Shown here: positions 13,501 to 26,573 of the stretch, piece after piece | How the letters are laid out: each line of letters starts with the position of its first letter | How positions within the stretch are numbered: the first letter of the stretch is position 1 | From: Eledone cirrhosa | Lineage: Eukaryota | Direction of reading: 5' to 3' | Assembly (NCBI GenBank): GCA_964016885.1 | Contig: OZ024747.1 | Coordinates: forward strand, 54,932,001-54,996,000 | Length of the DNA stretch: 64,000 bases | Made by a program: the position numbers and the translations under genes | Notes under the pieces: model-generated | Told to the model about the DNA's origin: nothing | The model's input: only the letters and a program-made list of their open reading frames with translations | Database searches by the model: none

Positions 13501-14058
13501 AAAGATAGATTATTATTTCGTTAATGGTAATTATGAAGATCCTAATGATGATAATGATTGCGACAATGGTGAGTGTGACTTCCATGATGATGGAAAGGAT
13601 GGCGTCGGTCGCTGTGTTGGTAATGATTACGGTACAAATAATAATAATAATAATGATAAGAATAATTTGTATTAGTAATGTTTCTTTTAGTCTTGGGAAT
13701 AATGATACTAACAGTTATAATATTGGTGAGAATAATGATGTTGATATTGTCATAGATCAGGATGATAATGCCGATAGGTGCTGTGGTGATAATGCCCATC
13801 GCGATGAAGAGGAAAATCAAGAAGTGGATGATGGTGGGGATGATGGTGGGAGGAATAATATATTCGATTATGAAGATAAACACGGAAACTGATTATAATG
13901 GTTGTTATGGTGATAATTGATATGGTGAAATGTTACTTATCTTATTAGACATGAACGTATTATCTGTGTATATATATATATATGTGTGTATGTGTGTGTG
14001 TGTGTGTGTGTTTGAAATTCTGTATATATATATACATATATATATGTATGTATGTATG

Positions 14059-14142
<84 letters not shown>

Positions 14143-14162
14143 TATGTATATATATATATATG

Positions 14163-14389
<227 letters not shown>

Positions 14390-14390
14390 C

Positions 14391-14491
<101 letters not shown>

Positions 14492-15588
14492 CATACATAC
14501 ATACATATATATATGTATATATATATACAGAATTTCAAACACACATATATATATATATCGTTCGATTAGGTAAGTCGTTGGAGTGTTAGATATTTTTCAA
14601 GTATTTGTGTTGTGAGTTCCAACACCACCAAATCACCTGAATAGCAAGCTTAAGAGAAGGAAAAATGCGAATCGACAATCAACTAATTACTACAGAGGAA
14701 ACCAGTATTACTTCACCTAACACAAAACCACCCGAATCTGAACATCACTATTATTTTTCCCATTAGTATACCTATATATATGATATATATTCGCTGTAAG
14801 ACAGACTGATCATCTGTGTAAATAATAATATAATAGCAGAGGAGTAATGCAGCTGTCAAACATGAAGATATAGATGTCAGAAACAGTATTTGATTAACCA
14901 AACAGCTATTGAAGACATCAAATGTGAAAGTAAAACATCTAAACATGGATTGATTAACAATATGTCACCGACAGTCTACCATTCTTTTGGGTATTGGTGA
15001 GACTGCACATGATGAAAGGAACGCCGATACGAAGCCAGAATATCAACCCCACAATATCACGATTGAAAAGTTCCATATTACTTCAGTGCAAAATATATAA
15101 TAATACACACACCTAAGCTAAAATATAAACGTCAAACAAACAGATTTTAGGCAGACAAATATTTGTGTCTCTAACTCTATTTCCATCTGTGCTGAACCTA
15201 GCCAATGACATGAACAACGTATAATATGGATTATGTAGAATTTCTTACAGAAGGAATATAACGAATTGTATCAAGAACCTAAAATGCTATGAACCGAGCA
15301 CGGTTCCGTAACTCCTGGGAGTCGTAAGGGGCACAGTAATGATAAACGGCGTTTCTAGGGCATTTTTAAAGCTGGAGAAGCCCATTTCCTTTCCAGGTCT
15401 GAATCCACCAGATCTTGCAAACGAAAACTGTATTCCTGGCTGCAACGACATTAGAGGTCAGGGCATCAAACAACATATAAATTGTAGCAGTCGAGCAAAG
15501 ACCAGTATTCGGTTAACTGAATAAAGAAATGTATACAACAAATGAAGTAATACAGATGTGAAAGAGAAAACAATGAGTTCTAGGTTAC

Positions 15589-16181
15589 GCGAAAGATCAG
15601 CAATTTTGTAGGGAGGCAAAGACGATTACAGTTTTGGCATTTAGAGTGACACGAAGTCTAACAAAATACCGTTTGACTGTATTTGAATTCAAAAACATTT
15701 ATCAGACGTATCTAATCATCAGCATATGTTATACGCCACAACCCATTGTTTCTGCGAAAGATCAGCAATTTTGTAGGGAGGCAACGACGATTACAGTGAT
15801 CCCCGTAAATTACTGGGACATTATTTAATCGACATAAAATTGATGGATGAAAAGGTTGGCTTTAGCGGGAGAGGAACTCAGTACATATTATCCCGAAATA
15901 AACGACATAAAACAATCATAATACTTGAAAGGTTTGATCAATAAATGTGGATTTCTAACACGGGAAAACGGTTGTACTTTGTAATGTAGTCGATGACAAC
16001 GACTGGTACCTTCTATCATCGATTAAGGAGGGATTAAAAGAAGAGTTAAATTAAATATTTTGGCCTTTAGAGTGACACGAAGTCTAACAAAATAACGTTT
16101 GACTGTATTTGAATTCAAAAACATTTATCAGGCGTATCTAATCATCAGCATATGTCATACGCCACAACCCATTGTTTCTGC
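15589..16181. repeat. Local duplications interleaved with degenerate SINE pieces
   Basis: A ~123-bp block at 15632-15755 recurs at 16059-16181. A 44-bp block at 15589 recurs at 15754. Confidence 0.85.
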
Positions 16182-16280
16182 TAAATAACTGACTCAAGGA
16201 CTTGATGCGTTTAAAACTTACACACCCACACACTCTCTCCCTCTCTCTCTCTTTATATATATATATATATGAATATTCTA

Positions 16281-16460
16281 AGGCGGGTAAAATTCCCGAG
16301 ATCCATGGACGAGTTCTCTCCAGTGGTCTCTGTCCCTCATTATCGCTACCATGTCCTGCGTCTCCAACATACCATTGTCTGTCCTTAGGGCATCAACATA
16401 CGTTAACCCTGGTCTTCCTCTTCTAGTGTGTCCATGTAGGGGCTCCCAAAGGAGCACTGA
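16281..16460 (-). pseudogene. RTE-clade LINE 3' end fragment
   Basis: VLLWEPLHGHTRRGRPGLTYVDALRTD...MRDRDHWRELV is typical of RTE ORF C-termini. Confidence 0.75.
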
Positions 16461-16758
16461 GTGCAATGTCAACTCTGGATGACACAGAGGATATATGAAT
16501 ATATACTACGTTAACTTTGCATTTCATCCTATCGAGTTCGATAAAAAAAAGTACCTGCCTTGTACTAGGATCGACTCTTCTATATTTCTCTCTCATTTCC
16601 TCTCTCTCCCACTTTCTACCCTTCTCTGGAGGAAATCTGGTATACTCAGACATGGAGAGTAATGGGTACCGCCAGGCTCAAAATACCCAAGAAACGCCGT
16701 ATGTTAGTGCCGAAACAACTCTTTTGGGAGTTTTGGGTTCATAGATACATTCATACAT

Positions 16759-16827
<69 letters not shown>

Positions 16828-16830
<3 letters not shown>

Positions 16831-17097
16831 AAAGTTCTATTAAAATTGTTGGGATACAACAAGTAAATATTTTTATAATTGATATAAAGCACTCGACAAG
16901 TATTTGGAGTAGATATACGATATTACTTCCAAAACTAACGGTCGCATTTTGAAAGGGTACGTCAATGTTTATTTATAAATCAGGTATATATTGTATTTTG
17001 TCTGATGAAGGCATACCATAATTTAACTTGGTATCCTTGAAATATATATAATGAAATAAATATGGTTTTATAAATATAGTTTCCATTTGTTAATATC

Positions 17098-17100
<3 letters not shown>
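16828..17100 (+). mobile_element. PLE-like terminal fragment (family E) with inverted tail piece
   Basis: 16828-16925 is the reverse complement of this family's tail (cf. 36680-36775, 49274-49375). 16926-17100 carries the HHR. Flanked by (TA)n. Confidence 0.75.
16994..17058 (+). ncRNA. Type I hammerhead ribozyme (family E)
   Basis: TATTTTGT-CTGATGA-AGGCATACCA(loop)TGGTATCCTT-GAAA-TATATA-TA^-ATGAAATA. 8-bp stem I including two G-U pairs. Confidence 0.8.
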
Positions 17101-17138
<38 letters not shown>

Positions 17139-17237
17139 TAAATATTTGCTCTACGGTTCTTATATATTTGATATATATTTATCCTCATCGAGCCCTCTTT
17201 GGATTTTAGTCTTCAAATTTATTATTATTACTATTAT

Positions 17238-17321
<84 letters not shown>

Positions 17322-17408
17322 GTTGAGACAGTAAACATATACAAAGGAACGACGTGGAAGCGAAGAGGCAGTACAAAATGTTAATATATATATATACATA
17401 TATATATA

Positions 17409-17626
17409 ACGAAGGAAATGTGGTAAGGAACCAGATGGACCATAAGGCACCAGAGTACTCAATACTTGGGATAGTAGAGTGGGTAATAGGAACGAGTAGG
17501 ACCCCGACGGCTGAGCTCAAGCCGTTTCGACGTCTAATTCTGGACCGTATATATATATATATATATATATAGTCCATAAGTAGCCGTCAAAACGGCTTGA
17601 GCTCAGCCGTCGGGGTCCTAATCGTT

Positions 17627-17630
<4 letters not shown>
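17409..17630. mobile_element. Asymmetric fold-back element (family A), copy 1
   Basis: Long arm 17409-17546 and inverted short arm 17572-17630. Same design at 35851-36043 and 54395-54583. Confidence 0.8.
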
Positions 17631-17662
<32 letters not shown>

Positions 17663-18095
17663 ATAAGAAACGGAGAATCGGTGGTGCGACGAATTAAAAT
17701 GTATTAGACATATTACAATCATTTCTCTAGCGACCAGCTCGAGGCACGAGCGATACGATGATCGAACCTGACTCTGAAATCGCAAGATCCTCAGATACGT
17801 CTCGATATTACGAAGCAGAGAAAGTTAGAGACGTATCTAAGGATCTTGCAATTTCAGAGTCAGGTTCGATATGTATATATATATATAAATTATTTATTAA
17901 AATAACAGATTTTAGTCTCATCATTTATTAGTATTACTGTATATATATTTATATATATACTAATATTAATAAATGTGAAGACTAAAATCCAAAGAGGGCT
18001 CGATAAGGATAAATATATATCAAATATATAAGAACAATAGTGTTTGAGAAAATCCCGTTAAGTGTGAAAGCAGCGATTCTTTGCTTAAACTTTAA

Positions 18096-18695
18096 TTATA
18101 CTCCACTGCACCTAACATAGAACAACTAATTAGAAAACTCAACTCAGCAATACTGAATAAGTACATCCCTAATGACTCAGCGCACCAGCATAGCAACATG
18201 CGACGCACTAACACGCAACCGCAACCCCACCAAACTATCCAGGATTCTACTGCAAAACATAAAAATAGTTGTAACTGCACCAAACCAGGTACGTGCCCAC
18301 TGAATAACCAGTGCCTAGCACGCAATATTGTCTACCGGTGTACAATAAATTCCGAGACCAACAAATGGTATTACGTCGGATGTACCGCAACTTCTTTCAA
18401 GGCTCGCCTATACCAACATCGATCTTCGATCAGGCACGAGAAAATGCGCTCCGTAACAACCCTCGCCGATAAAGCCTGGCAGCTTCGGAGGAACAATCAA
18501 GCGTTCTCCCTTGATTGGCAAATTATTGCAGCTGCGCCTGCATATCAGCAAAATCATCGATTCTGCAAGTTATGCAATTTAGAGATATACTGCATTTTAA
18601 CGTCGGTAAACAAACTTTTGAACAGCAAAATTGAACGTTCTCTATACTGTAACCATCGTTTGAAAACGACTTTTTCTTTTTTTAAATGCATATAA
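18096..18695 (+). CDS. 5'-truncated Naiad-type Penelope-like element ORF (linker + GIY-YIG endonuclease)
   Basis: Open frame YSTAPNIEQLIRKLN..IL, CNC..PGTCPLNNQCLARNIVYRC, YYVGCTATSFKARLYQH, AWQLR, DWQII, CKLCNLE, LLNSK, CNH. This is the Cys-rich GIY-YIG pattern of Naiad-clade PLEs. The RT domain is missing. Confidence 0.85.
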   Translation, partial: LYSTAPNIEQLIRKLNSAILNKYIPNDSAHQHSNMRRTNTQPQPHQTIQDSTAKHKNSCNCTKPGTCPLNNQCLARNIVYRCTINSETNKWYYVGCTATSFKARLYQHRSSIRHEKMRSVTTLADKAWQLRRNNQAFSLDWQIIAAAPAYQQNHRFCKLCNLEIYCILTSVNKLLNSKIERSLYCNHRLKTTFSFFKCI

Positions 18696-19105
18696 TGTTA
18701 CCTTTTTACACCAACGTTTGCAAATTTCTGTCTTATATGTTTATACACTAGATATTGCTTTCTATAATAATAATACTAAACACTGTTTTTCTGGACCCCT
18801 TTAGAAATAACCTGCTACTATAATAGCCCTAATAACTTGTCTGTGACATTGTACCACTTTGACCCCTCTAACTAAATTTTGTCCGAACAACACCACTAGA
18901 AGTATCTACTTCCCAGCCAACCTTAGCACGCCTCATTAAGCTAACTGCTGCCAAAACATTCTCTCTTCACAATCTCTACTAGTCTGACAGTCTTAAACCC
19001 TAAGACTCCCTCCACCTTACTCACTTCCCTCTTCCCCTTCTCTTCCTACCTCCTTCTTTATCTTTTTTCTAGTGTATAAAATATTTTCATATCATTCTAA
19101 TACAA

Positions 19106-19222
19106 AGGTCTGATGACATGGTGTGTTGGCTTACAGTGTACTTTCGGTTTTTGATAATATTTGTGTATTATTCAAATAGCGAGGTATAGGTAACTCATAC
19201 ACTACAGAAACAATTGTTACCT
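19106..19222 (+). ncRNA. Type I hammerhead with ~90-nt stem II insertion
   Basis: AGGT-CTGATGA-CA-TGGTGTG...CATACACTA-CA-GAAA-CAATTG-TT^-ACCT. 4-bp stem I and palindromic stem III ACAATTGT. Confidence 0.7.
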
Positions 19223-19262
19223 AATAAATTCTATATACCCGCATTTCCATTTCGTAAATTTT

Positions 19263-19309
<47 letters not shown>

Positions 19310-19350
19310 CGTGTGTGTGTGTGTGCGTTTGTGTGTGTGTGTGTGTGTGT

Positions 19351-19902
19351 AAAAGACAAACATAAATAACAACACAATTGGTACAGTATCTGATTAACGC
19401 TTGAAATAGCAGGAAGAGGGTCTTAACGTTTCCGACGCTAGTCCTTCATCAGAAGAAAGACTGAGAAATAAGATAGAATGAAGGGACGCGTGGAATTGGA
19501 AAAAATGTTTTTAGATAAAAATAACCGATCCATGTTGACATCTTTTAGAAAACTGTTGATGCTAGAGTTTTGTGTATGATTTATTTTTTTAGAATAGTGG
19601 ATGATGGAGTTCTACCTGAAATGGTAAAAAAACGTTTTGGAAAAAGAGCTATACTTGTGTGAGTATTTCTACAACAGTTAGTAATCCATTTCCGAGGACC
19701 ATGTTTTGTATCATAACGCATCATGAGATCGGTTTAAATGGATTACATCCGGAAAACCTATTTAAACCGAGCGCATGATCCATTAAAGTGAAACAAATTG
19801 TCCTCGGAAATAGTATACTAAATGTTGTGGAACTAATTCTACCAAATCTCGCCACGTGGACTGGGTGCTCCACTTCTGCGGTTATAACGCACCAGTGTTC
19901 TG

Positions 19903-19905
<3 letters not shown>
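19351..19905 (-). mobile_element. 3' end of a second Penelope-like element
   Basis: Minus peptide AEHWCVI..VEHPV..ICFTLMDHALGLN resembles a degraded PLE EN C-terminus (EH..I...PV...IF.L...GLN). It is followed by an HHR. Confidence 0.6.
19421..19456 (-). ncRNA. Minimal type I hammerhead ribozyme
   Basis: Minus strand TCTT-CTGATGA-AGGAC(TAGC)GTCG-GAAA-CG-TT^-AAGA. Palindromic ACGT stem III. Confidence 0.75.
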
Positions 19906-19937
<32 letters not shown>

Positions 19938-19941
<4 letters not shown>

Positions 19942-20133
19942 TGTGACCTCTTCAGTCACTGGGGATTCTTTTCTTTGTTTTTGTGCCTCTCCTTTGTTCT
20001 GTCTACGCCATCTTGTTTTTGTGATGGCGTAGGACAGAACAAAGGAGAGACACAAAAACAAAGAAAAGAATCCCCAGTCACTGAAGAGGTCACAGAATGT
20101 GTGACGGAAGATCTTTGACGAAAGAACTTTGAC
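19938..20133. mobile_element. Fold-back element with degenerate hammerhead
   Basis: ~75-bp inverted arms (19938-20098). The right arm continues GTCA-CTGAAGA-GGTCACA(GAATG)TGTGACG-GAA-GATC-TT-TGAC, with one core A missing. Confidence 0.65.
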
Positions 20134-20139
20134 AATATA

Positions 20140-20194
<55 letters not shown>

Positions 20195-20356
20195 CAGCAT
20201 AACAATGGTGTGTTATATCCGCAGTTGTTGAGCATTCAGTCGGTATTTATTTATATATAAGTATATACGTATAGGTAAATTATATATGTAGCTATATGCA
20301 TGGGTTCCTTTATGGGTGTAAACTGTGTGTCCATGTGTCAAGTATTGCATTAGAAA

Positions 20357-20461
20357 TCTTCTTCTTCTTCTTCTTCTTCTTCTTCTTCTTCTTCTACTTC
20401 TTCTTCTTTTTTCTTCTTTTTTCTTCTTCTTTTTCTTCTTCTTCTTCTTCTTCTTCTTCTT

Positions 20462-20492
<31 letters not shown>

Positions 20493-21111
20493 TTCTTCTT
20501 CTTCTTCTTCTTCTTCTTTTTTTTCTCCTTTTTTCTTCTTTTTCTTCTTTGTTTTCTTCTTCTTCTTCTTCTTCTTCTTCTTCTTCTTCTTCTTCTTCTT
20601 CTTCTTCTTCTTCTTCTTCTTCATCATCTTCTTATTCTTCTTCTTCTTCTTCTTCTGCTTCCTCTTCATCATCTTCTTCTTCTTCTTCTTCTTCTTCTTC
20701 TTCTTCTTCTTCTTCTTCTTCTTCTTCTTCTTCTTCTTTTCTTCTACTTTTTCTTCTTCTTTTTCTCCTTCTTTTCTTCTTCATCTTCTTCTTTTTCTTT
20801 TTCTTCTTCTTCTTCTTCTTCTTCTTCTTCTTCTTCTTCTTCTTCTTCTTCTTCTTCTTCTTCTTCTTCTTTTTCTTCTTATTTTTCTTCTTATTTTTCT
20901 TCTTATTTTTCTTCTTATTTTTCTTCTTCTTCTTCTTCTTCTTCTTCTTCTTCTTCTTCTTCTTCTTCTTCTTCTTCTTCTTCTTTCTTCTTTTTTATTC
21001 TTCTTTTTCGTCTTCTTCTTTTTCTTCTTCTTCTTCTTTTTCCTCTTTTTTCTTCTTTTTCCTTCTTTTTCTTCTTTTTCTTCTTCTTCTTCTTCTTCTT
21101 CTTCTTCTTCT

Positions 21112-21158
<47 letters not shown>

Positions 21159-21420
21159 TTCTTCTTTTTTCTTCTTTTTTCTTCTTCTTTTTATTCCTTC
21201 ATCTTTTTCTTCTTCTTTTTCTTCTTCTTCTTCTTCTTCTTCTTCTTCTTCTTCTTTTTCTTCTTCTTCTTCTTCTTCTTCTTCTTCTTCTTCTTCTTCT
21301 TCTTCTTTTTCTTCTTCTTCTTCTTCTTCTTCTTCTTCTTCTTCTTCTTCTTCTTCTTCTTCTTCTTCTTTTTCTTCTTTTTTTTCTTCTTTTTTCTTCT
21401 TTTTCTTCTTCTTCTTCTTC
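20357..21420. repeat. ~1.06-kb imperfect (TTC)n microsatellite
   Basis: Directly visible. It generates the spurious poly-F/S/L/E/K/R ORFs. Confidence 0.97.
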
Positions 21421-21560
21421 ATCATCATCATCCCCATCACCAACATCGTCATTACCATGTCTCCTCTTCGTGGTCCTGTGTAGGCTTCCACACTAAGTGA
21501 TGCCTGTGTTCCTAACACAGATGTTAGCCAGTTGATTAGCTAGTTCAGATAGAGGGAAAT

Positions 21561-21675
<115 letters not shown>

Positions 21676-21695
21676 TACATATATATGTATATATA

Positions 21696-21755
<60 letters not shown>

Positions 21756-21767
21756 ATATACATACAC

Positions 21768-21951
<184 letters not shown>

Positions 21952-22098
21952 TATATATATAATATAATCTATAATATATAATATAATATATGTATATATA
22001 CATACATATATAATATATAATATAATATATATATATACATACATATATATATATAATATAATATATATATGTATATATATACATACATATATATATAT

Positions 22099-22179
<81 letters not shown>

Positions 22180-22588
22180 CACACATATATATATATACAT
22201 ATGCACATACACACACATATATATATACATATATACATGTGCACATACACACACACATATATGTATGTAAATTATATACATATACATATATGTGTGTGTG
22301 TAGAAAGAAAGAAAGAGAGACGGTGTGTGTGTATGTGTGAGAGAGAGAAAGAGGGCAAGAAACGGCAAGGATGTAAGGGGCCCCATTCTCAGTGGAAATT
22401 GCCCGGATATTACTAGATATTATAGTCAGTAGACTATATTTAGTGTCGATAAATATTTATACACCCACTGTTCAATTATCTTATTATTGTTCATTGTTTG
22501 TCAGTTCTATCATCTTACTTTTCAATACTTCGTTTTGATTGATTTACCGCAACATTCGACTAAACGTACACACACACACACATACACG

Positions 22589-22635
<47 letters not shown>

Positions 22636-22716
22636 GTTATATACACAGACACGTATATATATACATATACATATATATGTATATATAAAGCATAATAAAC
22701 AATACAATATAATTAC

Positions 22717-22782
22717 CCCATTACCAGAGGTTTCCCGAATAAGACGAATACAAGAAACGTCCGCATTCGTTCGTCAGACAAG
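22717..22782 (-). ncRNA. Type I hammerhead ribozyme (inverted copy)
   Basis: Minus strand CTTGT-CTGACGA-ACGAAT...ATTCGG-GAAA-CCTCTGG-TA^-ATGGG. Confidence 0.75.
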
Positions 22783-22871
22783 GCAATTTAAAACATAGTG
22801 AAATATTTGAAAAATCTCCTTCAAGTTTTTTTGAGGAGATTTTTCAAATATTTGACTATGTTTTAAATTGG

Positions 22872-22936
22872 CTTGTCTGACGAACGAATGCGGACGTTTC
22901 TTGTATTCGTCTTATTCGGGAAACCCTGGTAATGAG
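22872..22936 (+). ncRNA. Type I hammerhead ribozyme
   Basis: CTTGT-CTGACGA-ACGAATGCGGACG(loop)CGTCTTATTCGG-GAAA-CCCTGG-TA^-ATGAG. Confidence 0.75.
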
Positions 22937-23109
22937 ATAATTATATTGTATTGTTTATTATACATTAAATTTAGCTGTGTAACTTACATAGAGCACTCTT
23001 CACTCCTATGACTTTTTCAATTTTCAACGGAAACTTCAATACTGCCCATTGAGTGCGCTGAGATACAACCGGTACTGGCTTTGATAAATATGCTGGGTCC
23101 GTCAACCCT

Positions 23110-23190
<81 letters not shown>

Positions 23191-23283
23191 TATATATATA
23201 CATTATATATATATATATATATATTTGTATGTGTATATGTAAATGCATATATCCATATATATTATATATTTTATATATATATA

Positions 23284-23613
<330 letters not shown>

Positions 23614-23673
23614 ATATGTATGTTTAGATATAGGTATATAAACGTATGTTTGTATTTATTCATTTATATAAGT

Positions 23674-23795
23674 AAGGCAGCGAATTAGCAGATCTTAGAA
23701 AATCGGATAGAATGATGTATTATATTCCTTCCGGCACTCTGCTAGCCGAGTCCAAATTCCGCCGGGGTCTACTTTGTCTTTCATCATTTCGAGCT
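23674..23795 (+). mobile_element. Degenerate 5' part of Nin-domain SINE
   Basis: GGCAGCGAATTAGCAGA...GAGTCCAAATTCCGCCGGGGTCTACTTTGTCTTTCATC. Confidence 0.6.
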
Positions 23796-24639
23796 ACATA
23801 TTATTTTCTCCTTTCCTTTTTTCCCTTTCTATCAGTTTCTGGAAGAAATATGCTGTAGTCTGGCCTGGACAATGATGGGTCCCGCCTGGCTTAAAAGACC
23901 CAAGAAATGCCGTATGTCAATACGATGCACTTCCGACTCTATCATAAGTTACGGGACTATAATATGTAGCCGTCAATTAATATGTCAGAACTAACTGGAT
24001 ATACTGTCCTGTGAATTATGTCTTGTAGGAATATAAGCGACCCCTGTTTTTTCTATATATAAGTCAGATTGTCAGAGTCCTACTGCGTGGGTAAGAAATA
24101 CCTCAAAACATTCCATCCAGCGTTTAAATGATTCTCCATATAGAATTTTAGAAGACGTAAACCAAAAATGTATCCAAAAGCTGTAATTTAACATATTAGC
24201 CAAGAATAAATTAGAAGTTTACTTAATCAAAAATTCAGGAACATTGTGTAAAGTTTTCAATGAGAAGCAACACTTATTTTTTTCTGGCAATGTATTCATT
24301 GCTAGTTTAATTCTTTCACACAGTGACAGATTTATATATGATATTTATTACGAAATAGAAACCTGTAAATTCATGGAGAAGTTGTGTCCATCACACAGAA
24401 TGGGAGATATTGTATTAAGTATCATGTTCATCATTTTCATCTCTATCATTATAATTACCAGCACCATCCCCATCGTCATCATCAAAATCATCACCATCAT
24501 CATCATCACCATCATGTAATTAATTACCATGTCAGTAATTAATTGTAACTACTGACCACTCAGATGGGCCAGGGGCCCGAATATCTCTTATATACATTCC
24601 AGCACTCTGCACAGAACATTTTACGCTATTGCTAGCCCC

Positions 24640-24945
24640 CAGGTTTGGATTTAGACATTGCGGAGCCTGGGGCACTTTGGGGGTTTATTTGGGGTGTGGC
24701 AATACACAAAAAATTCCAATACACAGCAAACCCTCCAATTTTATATATCAAATTTAGTTTCACGCAAGTGATTGAAATTGAAAGCTTATACATACAGGTA
24801 TTACATTACACAATCTAGCCATACTAAAATTAAAAAAACTCTGCTGACAGTACAAATAAATTGCCACGGCTTTCGCTGTTGGGGCCCTCCACTGCAGGAG
24901 ACACAGTGCAATTGCCTACTTTGCCTCATATTAAATCCGGCCCTG
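24640..24945. mobile_element. Non-autonomous hAT-type DNA transposon (MITE)
   Basis: Imperfect TIRs CAGGTTTGGATTTA / TAAATCCGGCCCTG. Flanking 8-bp TSD CTAGCCCC / CTAGCCCT. Confidence 0.7.
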
Positions 24946-25764
24946 CTAGCCCTGAGATGTCTGTCAGGTTTTGATACAACTGAAGAGACTTCCTAATTAT
25001 ATGCTGGGCATATTTCCTTGGTCAGATGCCTTTCCGGTTACCAAACATATTACAGAGTATATTGTATATATTTATTATGCCAGTAACACTACCAAGGTGG
25101 CCATACTTCTGGCAAAACTGAAGAGACATCACCCTGGATGTGTGCGTGCCGTAAAAATGTATATAATTGTTGATCAGAAACAAAGTTTTCTTTCTATTTC
25201 ATACCGTATAAAGATTCTACTTGCTACGTCAATGTTATGGATGTTTCGAGGCCGATTCTGTTACTGGGCGTGACATAGATAGAGGAGGCAGTGGACATCA
25301 TATGTCCGTAATCAGAGAATGTTTTTCATTGGTTCATTTTATATTCAAGCCTTCATTATATTTTCCATATTTAGTCATTCCTAATTATCTTCTATTTTTT
25401 TTCCTAAGACCAATTTCTTTCTTTTCATTTATCTACTTGTAGTAGTTATTCATATTATAGATTTTGTTATTGTTGGTGTTGTATTCTTGTTGTTGTTCTT
25501 CAGCTTATTCTTCGTCTTTTTTTCTTTTCTCTTCTTTTTATTTATTTCATCGTCATCACAATCATCTTCTTATCATTATGAATATTATTAATAATTTGTA
25601 TTCTTATTATCAACGTATTAAATAAAATAAGAAATAAATGTAATTATCGTTATAGATTTTATTATTATTCTTATTGCTGTTATTTATTGAAAAGAATTCA
25701 TTATTGTTATTACGACTGTTGAATGCCATTGATATGATATTGTAGTTTAAAGTGAAATGATTAT

Positions 25765-25820
<56 letters not shown>

Positions 25821-25851
25821 ATGTGTGTGTGTGTGTATACATGTGTTTGTG

Positions 25852-25918
<67 letters not shown>

Positions 25919-26045
25919 GTGTGTCTGTGTGCGTGTGTGTGTGTGTTTGTGTATATATACATATATATATCATATTATATTATATATATATATATATACA
26001 CATACGTAAACATATATGTACACATATATACATATGTATACATAC

Positions 26046-26096
<51 letters not shown>

Positions 26097-26457
26097 CAAA
26101 TATTCTTTCGTTGCAAGAAACCTTGACTAATGTCTTCAATCGGTTTCTTTATAAGCTTTTTCGCTTTTCCGTTATCTTGTAATCCCACAAATCTTGAGTC
26201 TTTTGAAATAGCAAGTCATTAGAATTTGGTATTTGGTGAAATACAAGAGACTCTATTATATTGTATCATCCCTAAATTCCTGATTTTCTCAGGAAGTTGA
26301 CAGAGGTAGTATTGATCATCAATGTAAATATATGCAGAGGACAATGTTTTGATTATGATTTTTGTATGTTTTTATAGCTCTCTATTGCTTTCTCTATTTC
26401 TCTGGTTGTCTGTCTGTCTGCATGCATGGTTTTATGTTTATTACTCACAGACACACA

Positions 26458-26573
<116 letters not shown>

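Larger units (their letters stand above)
18096..19266 (+). mobile_element. 3' portion of a Penelope-like element (EN + 3' UTR + HHR)
   Basis: EN ORF, ~400-bp UTR, hammerhead at 19106-19222, AATAAA at 19223, then (TA)n. Confidence 0.8.
22692..23112. mobile_element. PLE-like tail with fold-back carrying two hammerheads
   Basis: Palindrome about 22692-22961 with centre near 22826. The tail at 23041-23112 recurs inverted at 37316-37390. Confidence 0.8.

Noticed and set aside
18096-19266. Selenoprotein recoding or SECIS in the Naiad fragment
   Set aside because: No in-frame TGA in either EN fragment (the 9615-9930 stop is TAG), and no convincing SECIS by eye.
20296-21518. 245-395 aa ORFs (poly F/S/L/E/K/R)
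   Set aside because: Translations of an imperfect (TTC)n tract that is open in most frames.
26100-26345. Possible Tc1 transposase C-terminal remnant
   Set aside because: Similarity is too faint, with no SPDLNPIE-type motif or TIR.
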